Positions 23,283 through 34,535 of a stretch of DNA of 64,000 nucleotides are shown here, in pieces. A program made the translations under genes and the position numbers. Origin of the DNA: an uncultured Methanosarcinaceae archaeon (GTDB taxonomy: Archaea > Halobacteriota > Methanosarcinia > Methanosarcinales > Methanosarcinaceae); assembly GCA_963721455.1 (NCBI GenBank), contig CAVRJG010000008.1, forward strand, positions 34,749 to 98,748. Reading direction: 5' to 3'. Each line of letters begins with the position of its first letter. Within the stretch, counting starts at the first letter, position 1. The notes beneath the pieces are model-generated. The model saw only the letters and a program-made list of their open reading frames with translations, ran no database searches and had not been told where the DNA came from.

Positions 23283-24281
23283 TTATCGGTTCCCGTAAAT
23301 TGAGATCAGGTCGCTGAGAATCGCACTTGCTGTTTCAATCGGGCCTGCACCCTTACCCGTAACCGTAATTTCTCCTGCAAGTTCAGTGTCTACTGACGCC
23401 ACATTCAGGGTTCCTCCGACTGCAAGGGGATGGTTGATCGGTACAAGCCTTGGGGCTACATGGATTCTCTCCCTGCTAACTTCCCCTATAAGTTTGATCA
23501 CATGTCCCCTTTCATAAGCCATCTCCAGGGCTTCAGGCGTGACCTTTGTGATTCCTGTAACTTCAACGTCCCTGTAAGTAGCATTAAGTCCGAAGATTGC
23601 ATTGGCAAGAATTACCAGTTTGCAGGCTGTGTCAATCCCTTCCACGTCATACCTAGGGTCGGTTTCAGCAATCCCAAGCTGCATGGACTCGGCAAGAATG
23701 TCAGTGTAACTTGCCCTTTCCTCCAGCATCCTTGTCAGGATATAGTTGCAGGTTCCGTTCAGTATCCCTTTGATGCTTTTAACCTTATTGCCTGCAAGAA
23801 CTTCATTTACCAGGTTAATAATCGGCATTGAACCGCCGACCGCAGCTTCGAACCTGAAATTTGACCCGGCTGCTTTTGCGGTTTCCACGAGTTCCCTGTA
23901 ATTAAGGGTAAGAGGCCCTTTATTGGAAGTGATAACGTCCTTTCCGGTTTGGAAGGCTGCAAGCATGTTTTGTAGACCTGCCCCGCCGGTTTTGATATTT
24001 GTAGGAGTAGTCTCGATTACCAGTTCATGGTCTACGGATCTGATGACTTCGACTCCGGTAATATTTTCAAGGGCGACAGTTCCACTTATTCTCTTGCGGG
24101 CGAGGCAGTCGGCAAGGTCCACACCCTGGGGATTAACAGTGGCACCTTTTGAGTCCACAACAGCGACCACTTTCACTTCCAACCCGATACTTTCCAGATA
24201 CTCTTTTTTCATAAGGAGTACCTCGGCCACACCCTGTCCGATTGCACCGAACCCGAGAATCGAACAACACACTGTCTTCAT
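23283..24281 (-). CDS. hom: Homoserine dehydrogenase
   Basis: GFGAIG, TSNKGP, FEAAVGG, GILNGTCNYIL, DVEGIDTACK and GAGPIETAS. Confidence 0.95.
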   Translation of the reverse strand: MKTVCCSILGFGAIGQGVAEVLLMKKEYLESIGLEVKVVAVVDSKGATVNPQGVDLADCLARKRISGTVALENITGVEVIRSVDHELVIETTPTNIKTGGAGLQNMLAAFQTGKDVITSNKGPLTLNYRELVETAKAAGSNFRFEAAVGGSMPIINLVNEVLAGNKVKSIKGILNGTCNYILTRMLEERASYTDILAESMQLGIAETDPRYDVEGIDTACKLVILANAIFGLNATYRDVEVTGITKVTPEALEMAYERGHVIKLIGEVSRERIHVAPRLVPINHPLAVGGTLNVASVDTELAGEITVTGKGAGPIETASAILSDLISIYGNR

Positions 24282-24307
24282 GTTTTCAAACTCCTAAAAA
24301 CTATTTT

Positions 24308-24811
24308 TCAGGCCTGGATATCTATTGGAAGAACCATCAGCAGGTCTTTTTTTGCCGAGACTTCTTTCAGGATGTTGAGTGCCGTTTGCAGATCCTCTTT
24401 GCCCACAGCATCGATTCTTATAAGGGCTGAAGAAAGCAGATTGATACCTGGCATGGAAAGGGAAAGATCCACAACCTCGGCAAATCCTGTCTTGTCAATC
24501 TCATCAATCGTATCCTGAATCCCTGTATGAACTACATGCCCTATGAGAACTACGTTTATGCTCTCCCTGAAACGATGTTCTCCGACTCTGACGACCCTGA
24601 TTCCGCTTTCTTCCAGTTTGGCCTTTATTATTTCAATGCTTTCAGGCCTGGTTTCAAGTACGAGCTGTACAGGCACTGTTTTTCGGGGGGTTCTCTTCTG
24701 ATGGTGATGTAATACGGTTATCAGGTTAGCCTTACATTCCGAAAGAGGCTGGAGGGCTAAAAGCATCTGCCCGGGTACATCTTTTAGTTCAATGTCCATG
24801 GAAACTCGCAT
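24308..24811 (-). CDS. ACT-domain amino-acid-binding protein upstream of hom
   Basis: ELKDVPGQML ACT motif; adjacent to hom; start at MRVSMD. Confidence 0.85.
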   Translation of the reverse strand: MRVSMDIELKDVPGQMLLALQPLSECKANLITVLHHHQKRTPRKTVPVQLVLETRPESIEIIKAKLEESGIRVVRVGEHRFRESINVVLIGHVVHTGIQDTIDEIDKTGFAEVVDLSLSMPGINLLSSALIRIDAVGKEDLQTALNILKEVSAKKDLLMVLPIDIQA

Positions 24812-25259
24812 GTTGTCCCTCGTGCACTTTGTAACAATCACTTGTGCAATTTAAATAATAATTTACCAATCTATCAATATTCATATCCAGCAGCTTACTC
24901 TCGAGGTTGTTCAAGGTTGTAGTAATATATCAGAGTATCCGGTTCCAGTCCAGCCATGCAGCTTCTTAAACCTCATTTTCATAACCTCATTTACAAACAT
25001 GTTCCCGCGAAGCAAGACCCTGTTACTCTGATTTTATTATTAACATACTTATTCAGTAAGCAATCTGCGGGGCATAAGAAATCAAAAAGGGTATTCAAAT
25101 ACGTCGCACATCCGATCTTTCAAATACTGTTAACCCTTTCTGTTGCTTAGTAGATTAATTAAGTTATATAGTTTGCTGTTTATGGTCTTTCAAAAGAGAC
25201 TATTAGAGTACTATATTCTGCTTAGAATTATATTCTGTTTATTCCTTCTTACTTTCATG

Positions 25260-26306
25260 TTATTCCTTCTTACTTTCACGTTCTGTCCGCTTGGGAAGAT
25301 GAATGTCCGGAATGCGGATTATATTTCCTCTTCCTCTTTTGAATTTCTCGACCAGCCCGCGCTCTTCAAGATCCGAAAGCATAAGACTGACTTTGGACTC
25401 TGAATACGGAGACTTTTTCCGGAGTTCTCTCTGGGTGATCCGGTTTCCGCTAGCTCGGACTAGATCCAGGAGTTCCTTGAGATCCTCAGGCAGATTGATT
25501 TTTGAATTATCCAGAACTTCGGGACTCGATTTATCCGGCTCCCCATTATAGAAAGAAGAATCCGGTATATTCGGGCCCTCTTCTTCAGGCTTAACCCTCT
25601 GCTGCACAAATTTACCAGTTTCAGGTGTGTATCCTGCCTTTTCAGCAATAGCGGGCAGTTCAGGGCTTGCCTCCGGAACTTCAACGATATCCTCTGCCGA
25701 GCCTGTTTCGGTCTCCTCAGAAAATGTTGCGTCCTTTATGGGGCTCTCAGGCTGCAACAGGTATGGTTCTCGGCTTCCTCCCGGAAACAGGGCTGTTGTC
25801 TCAGGAGGTTTTTCCCGCCTCTTTTTTAAAAAGTAGCCAGCCAGCAACAGGACTATCAGGGCAAGGAAAGCAGAAACTAAAATGGTATTTTGAGAGCTTG
25901 CCCCGGATGTAAGCCCAGGCTCTTCATAATCCAGATTGGGAAGTTCGAATTCATCCTGGTCCAGGAGTCCTTCATCATAGAGTGGGAACAGGAGAAGGTC
26001 ATGCACATACTCTCCTTCATCTGAAATTACAACCTCTTCGTGAGCTTTATAAACGACCTTGCTTCCCTCAAGATAGTTGGCAGTTATCTGGTAGGTCCCA
26101 GGGGTAAGATTGAAAGAATATTGCGAATCCGTTGCAACAACGTACTGTTCCGGGGTAGAATTAATTTCAACCACTGCATTATCAAGAGGCTTGAAACTAT
26201 CCCACTCGTAAACGGTCCCGTGAATTGTGGCCGCAATTGCATTTCCCTGAAAAAACATAAGGAAAAAGAAAATACAGGCGATCCTGCAGAGCTTTCTAAA
26301 ATTCAC
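25260..26306 (-). CDS. Membrane-anchored protein with extracellular beta domain, one TM helix and C-terminal winged HTH
   Basis: Signal peptide, ATIHGTVY, TM helix ILVSAFLALIVLLLAGYF, RITQRELRK..SESKVSLMLSDLEERGLVEK.KRGRGN. Confidence 0.8.
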   Translation of the reverse strand: MNFRKLCRIACIFFFLMFFQGNAIAATIHGTVYEWDSFKPLDNAVVEINSTPEQYVVATDSQYSFNLTPGTYQITANYLEGSKVVYKAHEEVVISDEGEYVHDLLLFPLYDEGLLDQDEFELPNLDYEEPGLTSGASSQNTILVSAFLALIVLLLAGYFLKKRREKPPETTALFPGGSREPYLLQPESPIKDATFSEETETGSAEDIVEVPEASPELPAIAEKAGYTPETGKFVQQRVKPEEEGPNIPDSSFYNGEPDKSSPEVLDNSKINLPEDLKELLDLVRASGNRITQRELRKKSPYSESKVSLMLSDLEERGLVEKFKRGRGNIIRIPDIHLPKRTERESKKE

Positions 26307-26521
26307 GCAATGTTAAATGGTTTTTTAACATAAATCTTTTGCTTTTCTTTACAGAGATGTATAAAATAATAAAAGCTGATTAAAGCTTTATCAAGAAAAT
26401 AGAGAATGTATCAAGCTTGAAAATCCGTATGTGTCTGTTAATCAAACTCATTCCGAAAAGAATGCTTATATCTACCTTATTCTATACAACAGTGTCATAA
26501 CTTACAAAAGGAGGCAGTCAG

Positions 26522-27697
26522 ATGAAAAAATCAAGAATTATGCGATATCTGGCTTATCTTACGATCATATTGACATTGCTCAGTGCACTTCCAGGGGGCT
26601 CCCTTGCTGCCAAAGAATCTTCAGAACATGGAAATGGTAATCAGGATCAGTATATGCGCGAAGATGCCCGCGGTTCATACAAGAATGAAACCGACAATTC
26701 AGGTGATACCAGAGATCCTGAGTCTGATACGGAACAGTTTCAGAACAATCTCAGCGTAAAAGACAGGAATAAAATTTCCGAATATAAACAGGAACGAAAG
26801 CAATTAAAAGAAGAACTCCAGTTTCATAAGAAGGAATACCAGGAAGAAAAAGGAGATTTTATTAAGATCAGGAATCGTATCCGGGCAGAAAAACTTGATC
26901 CAAACTCAGAAGAGGCTTTAAATGCTACAAGGATCTACCTTAACTCAAGCATTAATTATATGATAGCTCACCTTTCAAATGTAAAGAGCAATATTGAATA
27001 CTCAAACGGCAATGGAACAGAGGAAAAAATTGCTGCCATAGATGAAAAGATAAAATTGCTTGAAGTTGAGCAGGCACAGGTTGCAAACGCTTCCAGCCAG
27101 GAAGAGTTTGTGGTCGTTGTCAGATCCGTACGCGGAGTATGGAATAATGCCGAGAAAACCAGCCTTGCAGGCGCAGGACAGACTGTAAGTGAGAAAATAG
27201 GAAAATTTCTTGAAAAATCCGAAACCCTCTCTGAAAAACTTGGAACAAAAATCGAGAGCCTGAAAGAAACCGATATTGACAAAGCTGACCTTGAGACAAA
27301 GCTTGCCAGCTACAAATTATATATAAAATCCGCGCAGGAGAAGAAAGAAGCGGCGGATTCCATTTACGGCGGTGAGAACATCACCCGGGAAAATATGGAA
27401 ACGGCGAATAATTACCTGCGTCAATCTCTCAGTGATATCAGTAAAGCAAATAACATACTCAGACAGATTTTCGACGAGCTGAAAGAGTACGAAATTGAAA
27501 AATATAACGAAACTGGAGTCGAAAACAGCCTGAAAACCGCACTCAACAATACAAAAAATGTGACCGGTACAAACAATAGTTCATCTACTGTAAGCGGCAC
27601 TCCTGTCAGTGGAAAGAAGGCTTCATATAAAGGAGAAAAAAATCTTAGCTCAGGAGATGAGACTGGAAACCTTACTGAAGAAAAATTACAGAATTGA
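26522..27697 (+). CDS. Secreted helical/coiled-coil hypothetical protein
   Basis: Signal peptide followed by long charged helical segments. Confidence 0.8.
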   Translation: MKKSRIMRYLAYLTIILTLLSALPGGSLAAKESSEHGNGNQDQYMREDARGSYKNETDNSGDTRDPESDTEQFQNNLSVKDRNKISEYKQERKQLKEELQFHKKEYQEEKGDFIKIRNRIRAEKLDPNSEEALNATRIYLNSSINYMIAHLSNVKSNIEYSNGNGTEEKIAAIDEKIKLLEVEQAQVANASSQEEFVVVVRSVRGVWNNAEKTSLAGAGQTVSEKIGKFLEKSETLSEKLGTKIESLKETDIDKADLETKLASYKLYIKSAQEKKEAADSIYGGENITRENMETANNYLRQSLSDISKANNILRQIFDELKEYEIEKYNETGVENSLKTALNNTKNVTGTNNSSSTVSGTPVSGKKASYKGEKNLSSGDETGNLTEEKLQN

Positions 27698-27708
27698 GGA
27701 GGCAGAAA

Positions 27709-27975
27709 ATGGTTAAATTCGCTCACCTGCTCGTACTGTCAGCTTTAATTGTCTGGCTTGCAGGATCCGGCTGTATCGGGAACAATACATCTGAAGTAAG
27801 AGAGTCAGGAGTAAATTCGGACGTTACTGAGACGCAGAATGGGGCACCATCCGAAGATCTGGAAATTGGGCTCACACAGGCCGAAATCCAGGCGCTTGAT
27901 TCTGATATGGCAGCTCTCGAGGACTTGCTTATAATTGCAAGCATGGAAGAAGAGATAGTAATTGAAGACCTGTGA
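27709..27975 (+). CDS. Putative lipoprotein
   Basis: GGAGG SD; hydrophobic leader ending in a LAGSGC lipobox. Confidence 0.7.
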   Translation: MVKFAHLLVLSALIVWLAGSGCIGNNTSEVRESGVNSDVTETQNGAPSEDLEIGLTQAEIQALDSDMAALEDLLIIASMEEEIVIEDL

Positions 27976-28016
27976 AATGGAAAGAAAATAAGTGAAAACT
28001 CAATTAAAAGCAGTTT

Positions 28017-28343
28017 TCACTTGAAAAACATCTTTTCTTTGTTTTTCATTCTCTGAATCTCGTCTTCCAGTATATCTACCCTTGATTCAAGTTCACGCAT
28101 GTCTTTTCTGGTAAAGACGTCTGCTTTTGAGATAGAGTCCTGAATTTTCTCAGAGATTTTCTTTTCAAGGTCAACCTTCTGTTTTTTGCTTTCTTCAAGC
28201 ATATCCTGGAGAACCTTTTTGCCTTCTTCCTTACTTATGTCTCCTTTATCGACCAGGTCCTTTACAAGATCATTTATTTTATCTTCGGTCACTGCCCAGA
28301 GGCCGGCTCCTATGAGCCCGAGTTTTCTGACGGATTCCCTCAT
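28017..28343 (-). CDS. Phasin/PhaF-like protein
   Basis: LIGAGLWAVTEDK...LVDKGDISKEEGK pattern with a C-terminal coiled coil. Confidence 0.75.
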   Translation of the reverse strand: MRESVRKLGLIGAGLWAVTEDKINDLVKDLVDKGDISKEEGKKVLQDMLEESKKQKVDLEKKISEKIQDSISKADVFTRKDMRELESRVDILEDEIQRMKNKEKMFFK

Positions 28344-28730
28344 GTACAAACACTCGCTTTTGAATTATCAATCTGGAAAAAGTTTACATGAAATTATTAA
28401 TCTGATATGGTCTTTAAGGGTGTATTAAAAGTTCCCCTATAATTAAAACCGTGCTTATATGTCTGTCTTCGAACCGGGGCCGTTCATATTATAGAGGATT
28501 TCGAAAAACATCAATTTGTGACTGGTTGCTTATAAATGATATATAAGCAATTTGTTGAAATCAGAGATTTATCGAAATTCTATATAGTCAAGGCAGGAAA
28601 TATTTACACATATCAACAGAACAATAACTATAAATGACGCTTGAAATTGCAGTTAATTGTTGAGTTGCCTTTAATCCCAAACGAAAATATATAAATATAT
28701 TAATTGGTGATGCTATTTGGGGGTAATTTG

Positions 28731-29030
28731 ATGGCAGACACTTTAAAACTATCACCAGCTATATGTGCATATCCTAACGATAAATATGAAAACCTTGAAA
28801 TTGACGTAGTTCTCCCGGGAGTCGACAAGAAAGATATTTCATTTAAGATCACCGAGAATGGCTTTTATGTAAAAGCCACCAAAGAAGGGGTTGAATATGC
28901 GGACAGCTACGCATTCTGCTGCCCGGTAAACCCGGAAAAAGCGGTTGCTAATTACTCAAATGGTGTACTTAAAGTAACAGTACCTTACCAGCAGCCTTTT
29001 GAAAAAGCTGTGGATGTAAAAATCGAGTAA
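28731..29030 (+). CDS. Hsp20/alpha-crystallin small heat-shock protein
   Basis: LPGVDKKDI...A.YSNGVLKVTVP. Confidence 0.88.
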   Translation: MADTLKLSPAICAYPNDKYENLEIDVVLPGVDKKDISFKITENGFYVKATKEGVEYADSYAFCCPVNPEKAVANYSNGVLKVTVPYQQPFEKAVDVKIE

Positions 29031-29197
29031 GGTAACCAGGATTTACGCAGTTGAACCGAGAAATCAATAGCATTAAACCTCAAACCGTTTAAATTATAAT
29101 ATCTGTGAGAGACATGCTCACGCTTGATTTTGTTCCTCAAGTGCGTAAGTCCTGAATCTATAAAATAATTGAATTTTTATTGAAAAGAGGTTTTTAA

Positions 29198-29746
29198 ATG
29201 AAGAAGATGACAGAACAGCATCTTATCAATGCATTTGGAGGAGAAAGCCAGGCACATATGAGGTATTTGCATTTTGCAAACCAGGCCGAAAAAGAAAAAT
29301 ACAGTAATGTGGCCCGCTTATTTCGTGCAATTGCCCATGCTGAATATATACATGCAGGAGATCATTACCGGGAGTTAAAACATCTCGATGGGGGATTTGT
29401 CGCAAATAGTATGGCAGCTTTTGGCCCTGGTGATTCCAGGAAAAATCTTAAACTGGCCATTGCTGGTGAGACATTTGAAATTGAGGAAATGTATCCCGTA
29501 TACATAGAAGTAGCAAAATTCCAGGGAGAAAAAGGCGCACAGAGAAGTTTTGAATGGTCATATGCCAGTGAGAAACTGCATAAACAGCTTTTTGAAAAAG
29601 CATTAGAGTGGGTTAACTCAGGAAAAGACGTTGAACTCGGCCCTATCCAGGTCTGCGAAGTATGCGGATATACCCTCGAAGGAGAAGCACCCGACAGGTG
29701 TCCCGTATGCAATGCATTAAAAGACAAATTTACTGCGTTTAAATAA
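29198..29746 (+). CDS. rbr: Rubrerythrin
   Basis: AFGGESQA, AE..HA, GETFE, SE..H and C-terminal CEVCGY...CPVC. Confidence 0.93.
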   Translation: MKKMTEQHLINAFGGESQAHMRYLHFANQAEKEKYSNVARLFRAIAHAEYIHAGDHYRELKHLDGGFVANSMAAFGPGDSRKNLKLAIAGETFEIEEMYPVYIEVAKFQGEKGAQRSFEWSYASEKLHKQLFEKALEWVNSGKDVELGPIQVCEVCGYTLEGEAPDRCPVCNALKDKFTAFK

Positions 29747-29974
29747 GTGCTTATCCTGTATCGGCTAATCTGACAGGCAAGTTTCTCTACCGCAGGAACC
29801 GGATGGCTTCGCTGTTTCCCGGGATTTCGCAGGAGGTCATATTCCGGGTTATCTTCCGTATTTTCCGCAGTTATAAAGTATTGAGTGAGTTTTTTCAGCC
29901 CGTCGATTTTTCCCATGATCACAGGATAGCGAGTGAATTAAGCGTAAATATTTACGTTCGGAACTATAGGAGAA

Positions 29975-30256
29975 TTACTTTGGAATTTTATCAATTTTTT
30001 CCCTGCTCTCAAGCCAATCAACGATCCTGGGCCAGAGAGACAGTGAAATTATCATGGTAATCACAAAAACAAAAATCGAACCCGCAGCCATGTCTACCTG
30101 GGTATAGGCTACTTCTCCTCTGGATATGTTGGTTAAAAAAGCCCCTAAAAGGAAAAGGATTACAAGCACTATCGAAGTGGCAATACTTGACAGAAGCACT
30201 ACTCTGGGCCTATTATCCCTGGATCCGGATTTTACCATATAACTCACATGCTCCAT
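29975..30256 (-). CDS. Small two-TM membrane protein downstream of copA
   Basis: Two hydrophobic segments; co-oriented with copA, 31 bp after its stop. Confidence 0.7.
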   Translation of the reverse strand: MEHVSYMVKSGSRDNRPRVVLLSSIATSIVLVILFLLGAFLTNISRGEVAYTQVDMAAGSIFVFVITMIISLSLWPRIVDWLESREKIDKIPK

Positions 30257-30287
30257 AATATTAAACTTTAAAACTATCTGCCCCGAA

Positions 30288-33179
30288 TTATTTAATCTTG
30301 CTTCTTTTCATTAGCAGGGAATTGGTAGTCACTGAGACCGAGCTGAGTGCCATAAAAGCGGCAGCAAGTTCAGGCGTAATAAGAATCCGGTGAAAGAACG
30401 GGTAAAGGATTCCCGCTGCAATAGGAATGCCTATCGCATTGTACCCGAAAGCCCAGAGCAAATTCTGCTTGATCTTGGTTATGGTAAGCCGGCTAAGTTT
30501 AAGGGCTGCGACCACATCTCTCGGGTCATTTTTTATAAGCACTATTTTTGCGGATTCCATTGCCACATCCGTGCCTGCCCCCATTGCAATTCCCACATCT
30601 GACTGGATCAGCGCAGGGGCATCATTAATGCCGTCACCCACCATTCCGACAAGCTTACCCTCTTTTTGGAGCTTTTTTATTTCATTTGCTTTATCTTCGG
30701 GCAGCACCTCGGCAAGCACCCTGGGAATTCCTACTTCTTTTGCTATTGCACTGGCCGTAACAGCATTGTCTCCGGTGATCATGACCACTTCGATACCCAT
30801 TTTCGTAAGGGTCTCAACTGCCTCTTTAGAATTTTCCTTCAGGGTGTCGGCAACTGCAACAAGACCTATGATTTCTCCCTCGAAGGCTGCAAGCATTGCA
30901 GTTTTCCCGTTTTCTTCAAACGCTCGCATTTCAGCTTCCAGTTCCCGGAAAGAGATTCCATTTTCTTCCATAAGTTTGCGAGTGCCGAGCAAAATTCTTT
31001 TTTCTTCGAAGTAGGCTTCCACTCCTTTTCCGGGAATGGAATGGAAATTTTCTGCCTTACCGAGGCTGATTCCCCTTTCCTCAGCTCCCTTTACTATGGC
31101 TTCCCCAAGAGGATGCTCTGATCCTCTCTCAGCCATTGCCGCAATAAAAAGCACCTCCTTTTCCTCATGGCCGGGAGCTGCAAGCAAATCTGTAAGCTTC
31201 GGAGTGCCTTCCGTAAGAGTGCCCGTTTTGTCAAAAACGATAGTATCAAGTTTATGCGCCCTTTCAAGGGCTTCCCCGCCTTTTATAAGGACTCCGTTTT
31301 CCGCACCTCTGCCAGTGCCCACCATAATGGCGGCAGGGGTTGCAAGCCCGACTGCACACGGACAGGAGATTACAAGGATCGTAATTGCGATAAGCAGGGA
31401 GAAAAGGAATGGGCTGATCCCTCCGAGAGCCGCGGATTCCCCTACCCCGTAGCGCCAGTAGCCTATGAAAAACCAGAAGAAGAATGCAAGGAGGGCAATG
31501 ATATGCACGGCTACTATGAAGTTTCCGGCAAAAACGTCTGCAACTCTCTGGATTGGAGCTTTTGTAGTCTGAGCAGTTTCCACAAGCCTGATTATCTGGG
31601 CAAGGGCAGTGTCAGCTCCAACCTTTGTAGCCCGGAAATTGAAAGCTCCTGTCCTGTTCAAAGTAGCCCCTATAACCGTATCTCCCGGACTTTTTTCCAC
31701 TGGAATACTTTCTCCCGTGAGCATGGACTCGTCTACTGCAGAACCGCCTTCAACCACAATTCCATCCACAGGGATCTTTTCTCCGGGCCGGACAACAACA
31801 ATATCGCCGACTGCCACATCTTCTACAGGTACCTCCCTCTCGATGCCGTTTATAAGGATCCTGGAGGTTTTTGCCCTGAGCCCCATCAGTTTCCGGATGG
31901 CTTCCGAGGTCCGGCCCCTTGCCCTGGCTTCAAGGTACCTGCCAAGGACAATGAAGATGATCAGGAAGGCTACAGTGTCATAGTAAAGGCTGTTATATCC
32001 CGGGCCCAGGTCAAGAAATGTTGCCGCCACACTGATAAGGTAAGCGGATCCGGTTCCTGCAGCAATCAGCAGGTTCATATCAGTTACGCCGTACTTGAAA
32101 CCCTTGAAGGTCCCGACAAAAAACTGCCTTCCCGGAAAAAGAAGAACAAGAGTAGACAGTATAAAAAGCACGATGTGATTGGAAAAAAAGGCAGGCACAA
32201 AAGAGAGGAAAGGAAACATCATGCTCATGTTCCCGAGGGATACTGGAATTCCGAGCACCAGGGCAATGATCAGGTTGTTTCTCTGCCTGCGGATTTCAGC
32301 ATCCCTGGACATCTGTTCTCTGTCCTCGTATTCCACAGTCTCAGCCCTGACCGATGCCCCATAACCGATTCCCTGAACTGCGGCAATGATCTCTCTGACA
32401 GAAATACGGGAGGAATCAAATTCCACAAATGCCTTTTCAAGCGGGAAATTGACTGAGGCTGAAATCACGCCGTCTTTTTTATTGAGTATCTTCTCAATGT
32501 TTGCGGCGCAGGACGCACAGCTCATGCCCTGAAGATCGAGTGTAACCTTATCCTTCTCAACCTTATAGCCGATGGATTCTATAGCGTCCTCGATTTCCCC
32601 AGGAGATATAAGGGAAGGCTCAAAACTAACTTTTGCCCTTCCAAGTTCCAGATTGACAGCTACTGAGTCCACGCCTTTCTTTTTCTTCAATACCTTCTCG
32701 ATATTCAGGGCACAGGCTGAACAGGTCATGCCTGAAACTCCAAGAGTTATCTCTTTTGGGCCTGTTTTCTGGCTTGAGATCAGGGTTGCTTCTTCTTCTG
32801 CCAGCTTGCATGCTTCATTCAGGGAGCAGGTTCGAGAAGCTTCTTCCGGTTCTTCTAAAGCAATATCAGCAGTTTCCAGAGCTTCAGCAGTTTCCGAAGC
32901 TACGCCTGCTATCTCTGTAGTATTTGAGGTTTCTGCCTGAACTTCTGCCTGAACCTCTGCATGAGCCTCTTTATCAATTTCGGTTGAGTATCCGGCCTTC
33001 CGGATAGCTCCCTTTATATCATCCAGATTTACCTTTTCAGGATCAAAGCTAACAGTGGCGCGTTCGGATTCGAGATCCACCTCAACGGATTCCACTCCAT
33101 CAAGCGAAGAAATGGCATCCGCTACTCTTTTCTGGCAATGACCACAGGTCATGCCATAGACTCCTATAGTAACTTCCAT
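30288..33179 (-). CDS. copA: Cu(I)-translocating P1B-type ATPase with three HMA domains
   Basis: GMTCGHC, GMTCSAC, GMSCASC; TGES; CPC; DKTGT; SEHP; GDGIND; YN and MALSS. Confidence 0.96.
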   Translation of the reverse strand: MEVTIGVYGMTCGHCQKRVADAISSLDGVESVEVDLESERATVSFDPEKVNLDDIKGAIRKAGYSTEIDKEAHAEVQAEVQAETSNTTEIAGVASETAEALETADIALEEPEEASRTCSLNEACKLAEEEATLISSQKTGPKEITLGVSGMTCSACALNIEKVLKKKKGVDSVAVNLELGRAKVSFEPSLISPGEIEDAIESIGYKVEKDKVTLDLQGMSCASCAANIEKILNKKDGVISASVNFPLEKAFVEFDSSRISVREIIAAVQGIGYGASVRAETVEYEDREQMSRDAEIRRQRNNLIIALVLGIPVSLGNMSMMFPFLSFVPAFFSNHIVLFILSTLVLLFPGRQFFVGTFKGFKYGVTDMNLLIAAGTGSAYLISVAATFLDLGPGYNSLYYDTVAFLIIFIVLGRYLEARARGRTSEAIRKLMGLRAKTSRILINGIEREVPVEDVAVGDIVVVRPGEKIPVDGIVVEGGSAVDESMLTGESIPVEKSPGDTVIGATLNRTGAFNFRATKVGADTALAQIIRLVETAQTTKAPIQRVADVFAGNFIVAVHIIALLAFFFWFFIGYWRYGVGESAALGGISPFLFSLLIAITILVISCPCAVGLATPAAIMVGTGRGAENGVLIKGGEALERAHKLDTIVFDKTGTLTEGTPKLTDLLAAPGHEEKEVLFIAAMAERGSEHPLGEAIVKGAEERGISLGKAENFHSIPGKGVEAYFEEKRILLGTRKLMEENGISFRELEAEMRAFEENGKTAMLAAFEGEIIGLVAVADTLKENSKEAVETLTKMGIEVVMITGDNAVTASAIAKEVGIPRVLAEVLPEDKANEIKKLQKEGKLVGMVGDGINDAPALIQSDVGIAMGAGTDVAMESAKIVLIKNDPRDVVAALKLSRLTITKIKQNLLWAFGYNAIGIPIAAGILYPFFHRILITPELAAAFMALSSVSVTTNSLLMKRSKIK

Positions 33180-33221
33180 CGGATATGCCGCCTGCCCAGA
33201 TTTTTCAGGACTGCCCCGCGT

Positions 33222-33449
33222 TTAAAAGACTTTTTCGGGCTCTTTTATAGTTTTATAACCGGCTTTAAGCAGGGTCATCCGTATGACATGCGCATCAGTT
33301 ATCCGGCTGTCATAGGCTACATTTACCGTCCTGTCAGGAATATTTAGATTTACTCTGGAAACCCCGTTGATAGAGGTAACGAGCCTGATGATCATATCCT
33401 TGCAGTACCTGCAAACCATGTCGTCTACTATGAATGTTGTCTCCCCGAT
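33222..33449 (-). CDS. HMA-domain (CopZ-like) protein; possible ATC start
   Basis: DMVCRYC motif and HMA pattern ending AGY; GGGGGTGA SD precedes ATC at 33449; the track start is GTG 33494. Confidence 0.75.
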   Translation of the reverse strand: MGETTFIVDDMVCRYCKDMIIRLVTSINGVSRVNLNIPDRTVNVAYDSRITDAHVIRMTLLKAGYKTIKEPEKVF

Positions 33450-33561
33450 ATTTTCACCCCCACCGCACAGCTTTTTTTCGAAAGGGCGCTTCACCCGTAT
33501 AATGAAAATCTGTACCTTTTAGTATATAATTCTTTGAAACCTATGGGCAAGATCCGTATCA

Positions 33562-33768
33562 TTACACGGGTTCGTACCCTGCTTCCTTAATCGCAGCCTT
33601 AACCTTTTCGAGGTTTGCCTTCCCTTCATCGTATTCAACAACTACCTGTTTATTCTGAAGGTTTACTTCTGCCTTCTGTACCCCTTCCACAGCTTCAACT
33701 GCTTTTTTAACTCTCATCTGACAGTGCCCGCAGGACATGCCTTCAACCTTAATGGTTTCTTGGGTTAT
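33562..33768 (-). CDS. copZ: Copper chaperone CopZ; possible ATA start
   Basis: GMSCGHC motif and EAGYEPV end; GGAGGT SD precedes ATA 33768. Confidence 0.9.
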   Translation of the reverse strand: MTQETIKVEGMSCGHCQMRVKKAVEAVEGVQKAEVNLQNKQVVVEYDEGKANLEKVKAAIKEAGYEPV

Positions 33769-34216
33769 GGTTCCGACCTCCAATTATACTTGTTCAGATT
33801 ATTTTATCGAACAAATTTACTGAAAGCTGTATATAATAATAATTTGTGATAGAATATTTAATTAACCGTATATGTCAACTACAGCTTTGTACGAAAATAT
33901 TTACACTAAATTCTCAAAAAAACCCGAAACATAATGCTTCGAACTGTTGAATGAATCTGTTCAATTTAAAGTCTAATTCTTTGCGTAAATCATAGGTTAA
34001 GATGAAACAGATTTTATTATTGCATCAGTTAATGAAAACTGGAAGCAAAGAGCCTCTCCACATTTTTCCTGCACGAGGATCATGCTCGTTTATTGATTTG
34101 ATCAATACTCACCCCATAGTCTCTTTTTTGATCCGCAACCCAAAAAATAATTTTCCTGAAGAGAAACCCACAACAGTTAGATTTTTTTACACCGGATTTG
34201 ATCCTGTGTATGAATC

Positions 34217-34534
34217 TCAATCCGCTAGAAATTGAGAGATTAACACTGCGAAGATTCCCAGTATCATGATCAGAGTCACGGTCATCAGGGCGGTCGACCA
34301 CAGCCCGACATCGTACGTCCTCATAATTTTTTTCGCGCTCTTCGAGCCTAGCAGGAACCCTGAAGAGAGTGCGAATAATACCATCACTATTACGCTCACT
34401 GACAACCAATGATGACCCGTAAGTGCTACCAACGATTGTTTAAAGTCGTCTGATACATCGTGGGCGATGATGATGCAGCCGGTTAAAAATATGGTTATTG
34501 CGGCTGATGCTATGAAAGTCGCTGATTCCTTCAT
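34217..34534 (-). CDS. Three-TM hypothetical membrane protein
   Basis: Hydrophobic with LTGHHW; GAGG SD and ATG immediately after the upstream gene's stop. Confidence 0.7.
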   Translation of the reverse strand: MKESATFIASAAITIFLTGCIIIAHDVSDDFKQSLVALTGHHWLSVSVIVMVLFALSSGFLLGSKSAKKIMRTYDVGLWSTALMTVTLIMILGIFAVLISQFLAD

Positions 34535-34535
34535 C

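Noticed and set aside
31167-32456. 429-aa plus-strand ORF and many other long antisense ORFs
   Set aside because: Shadows of well-supported genes on the opposite strand (copA, lig, argH, larA and others).
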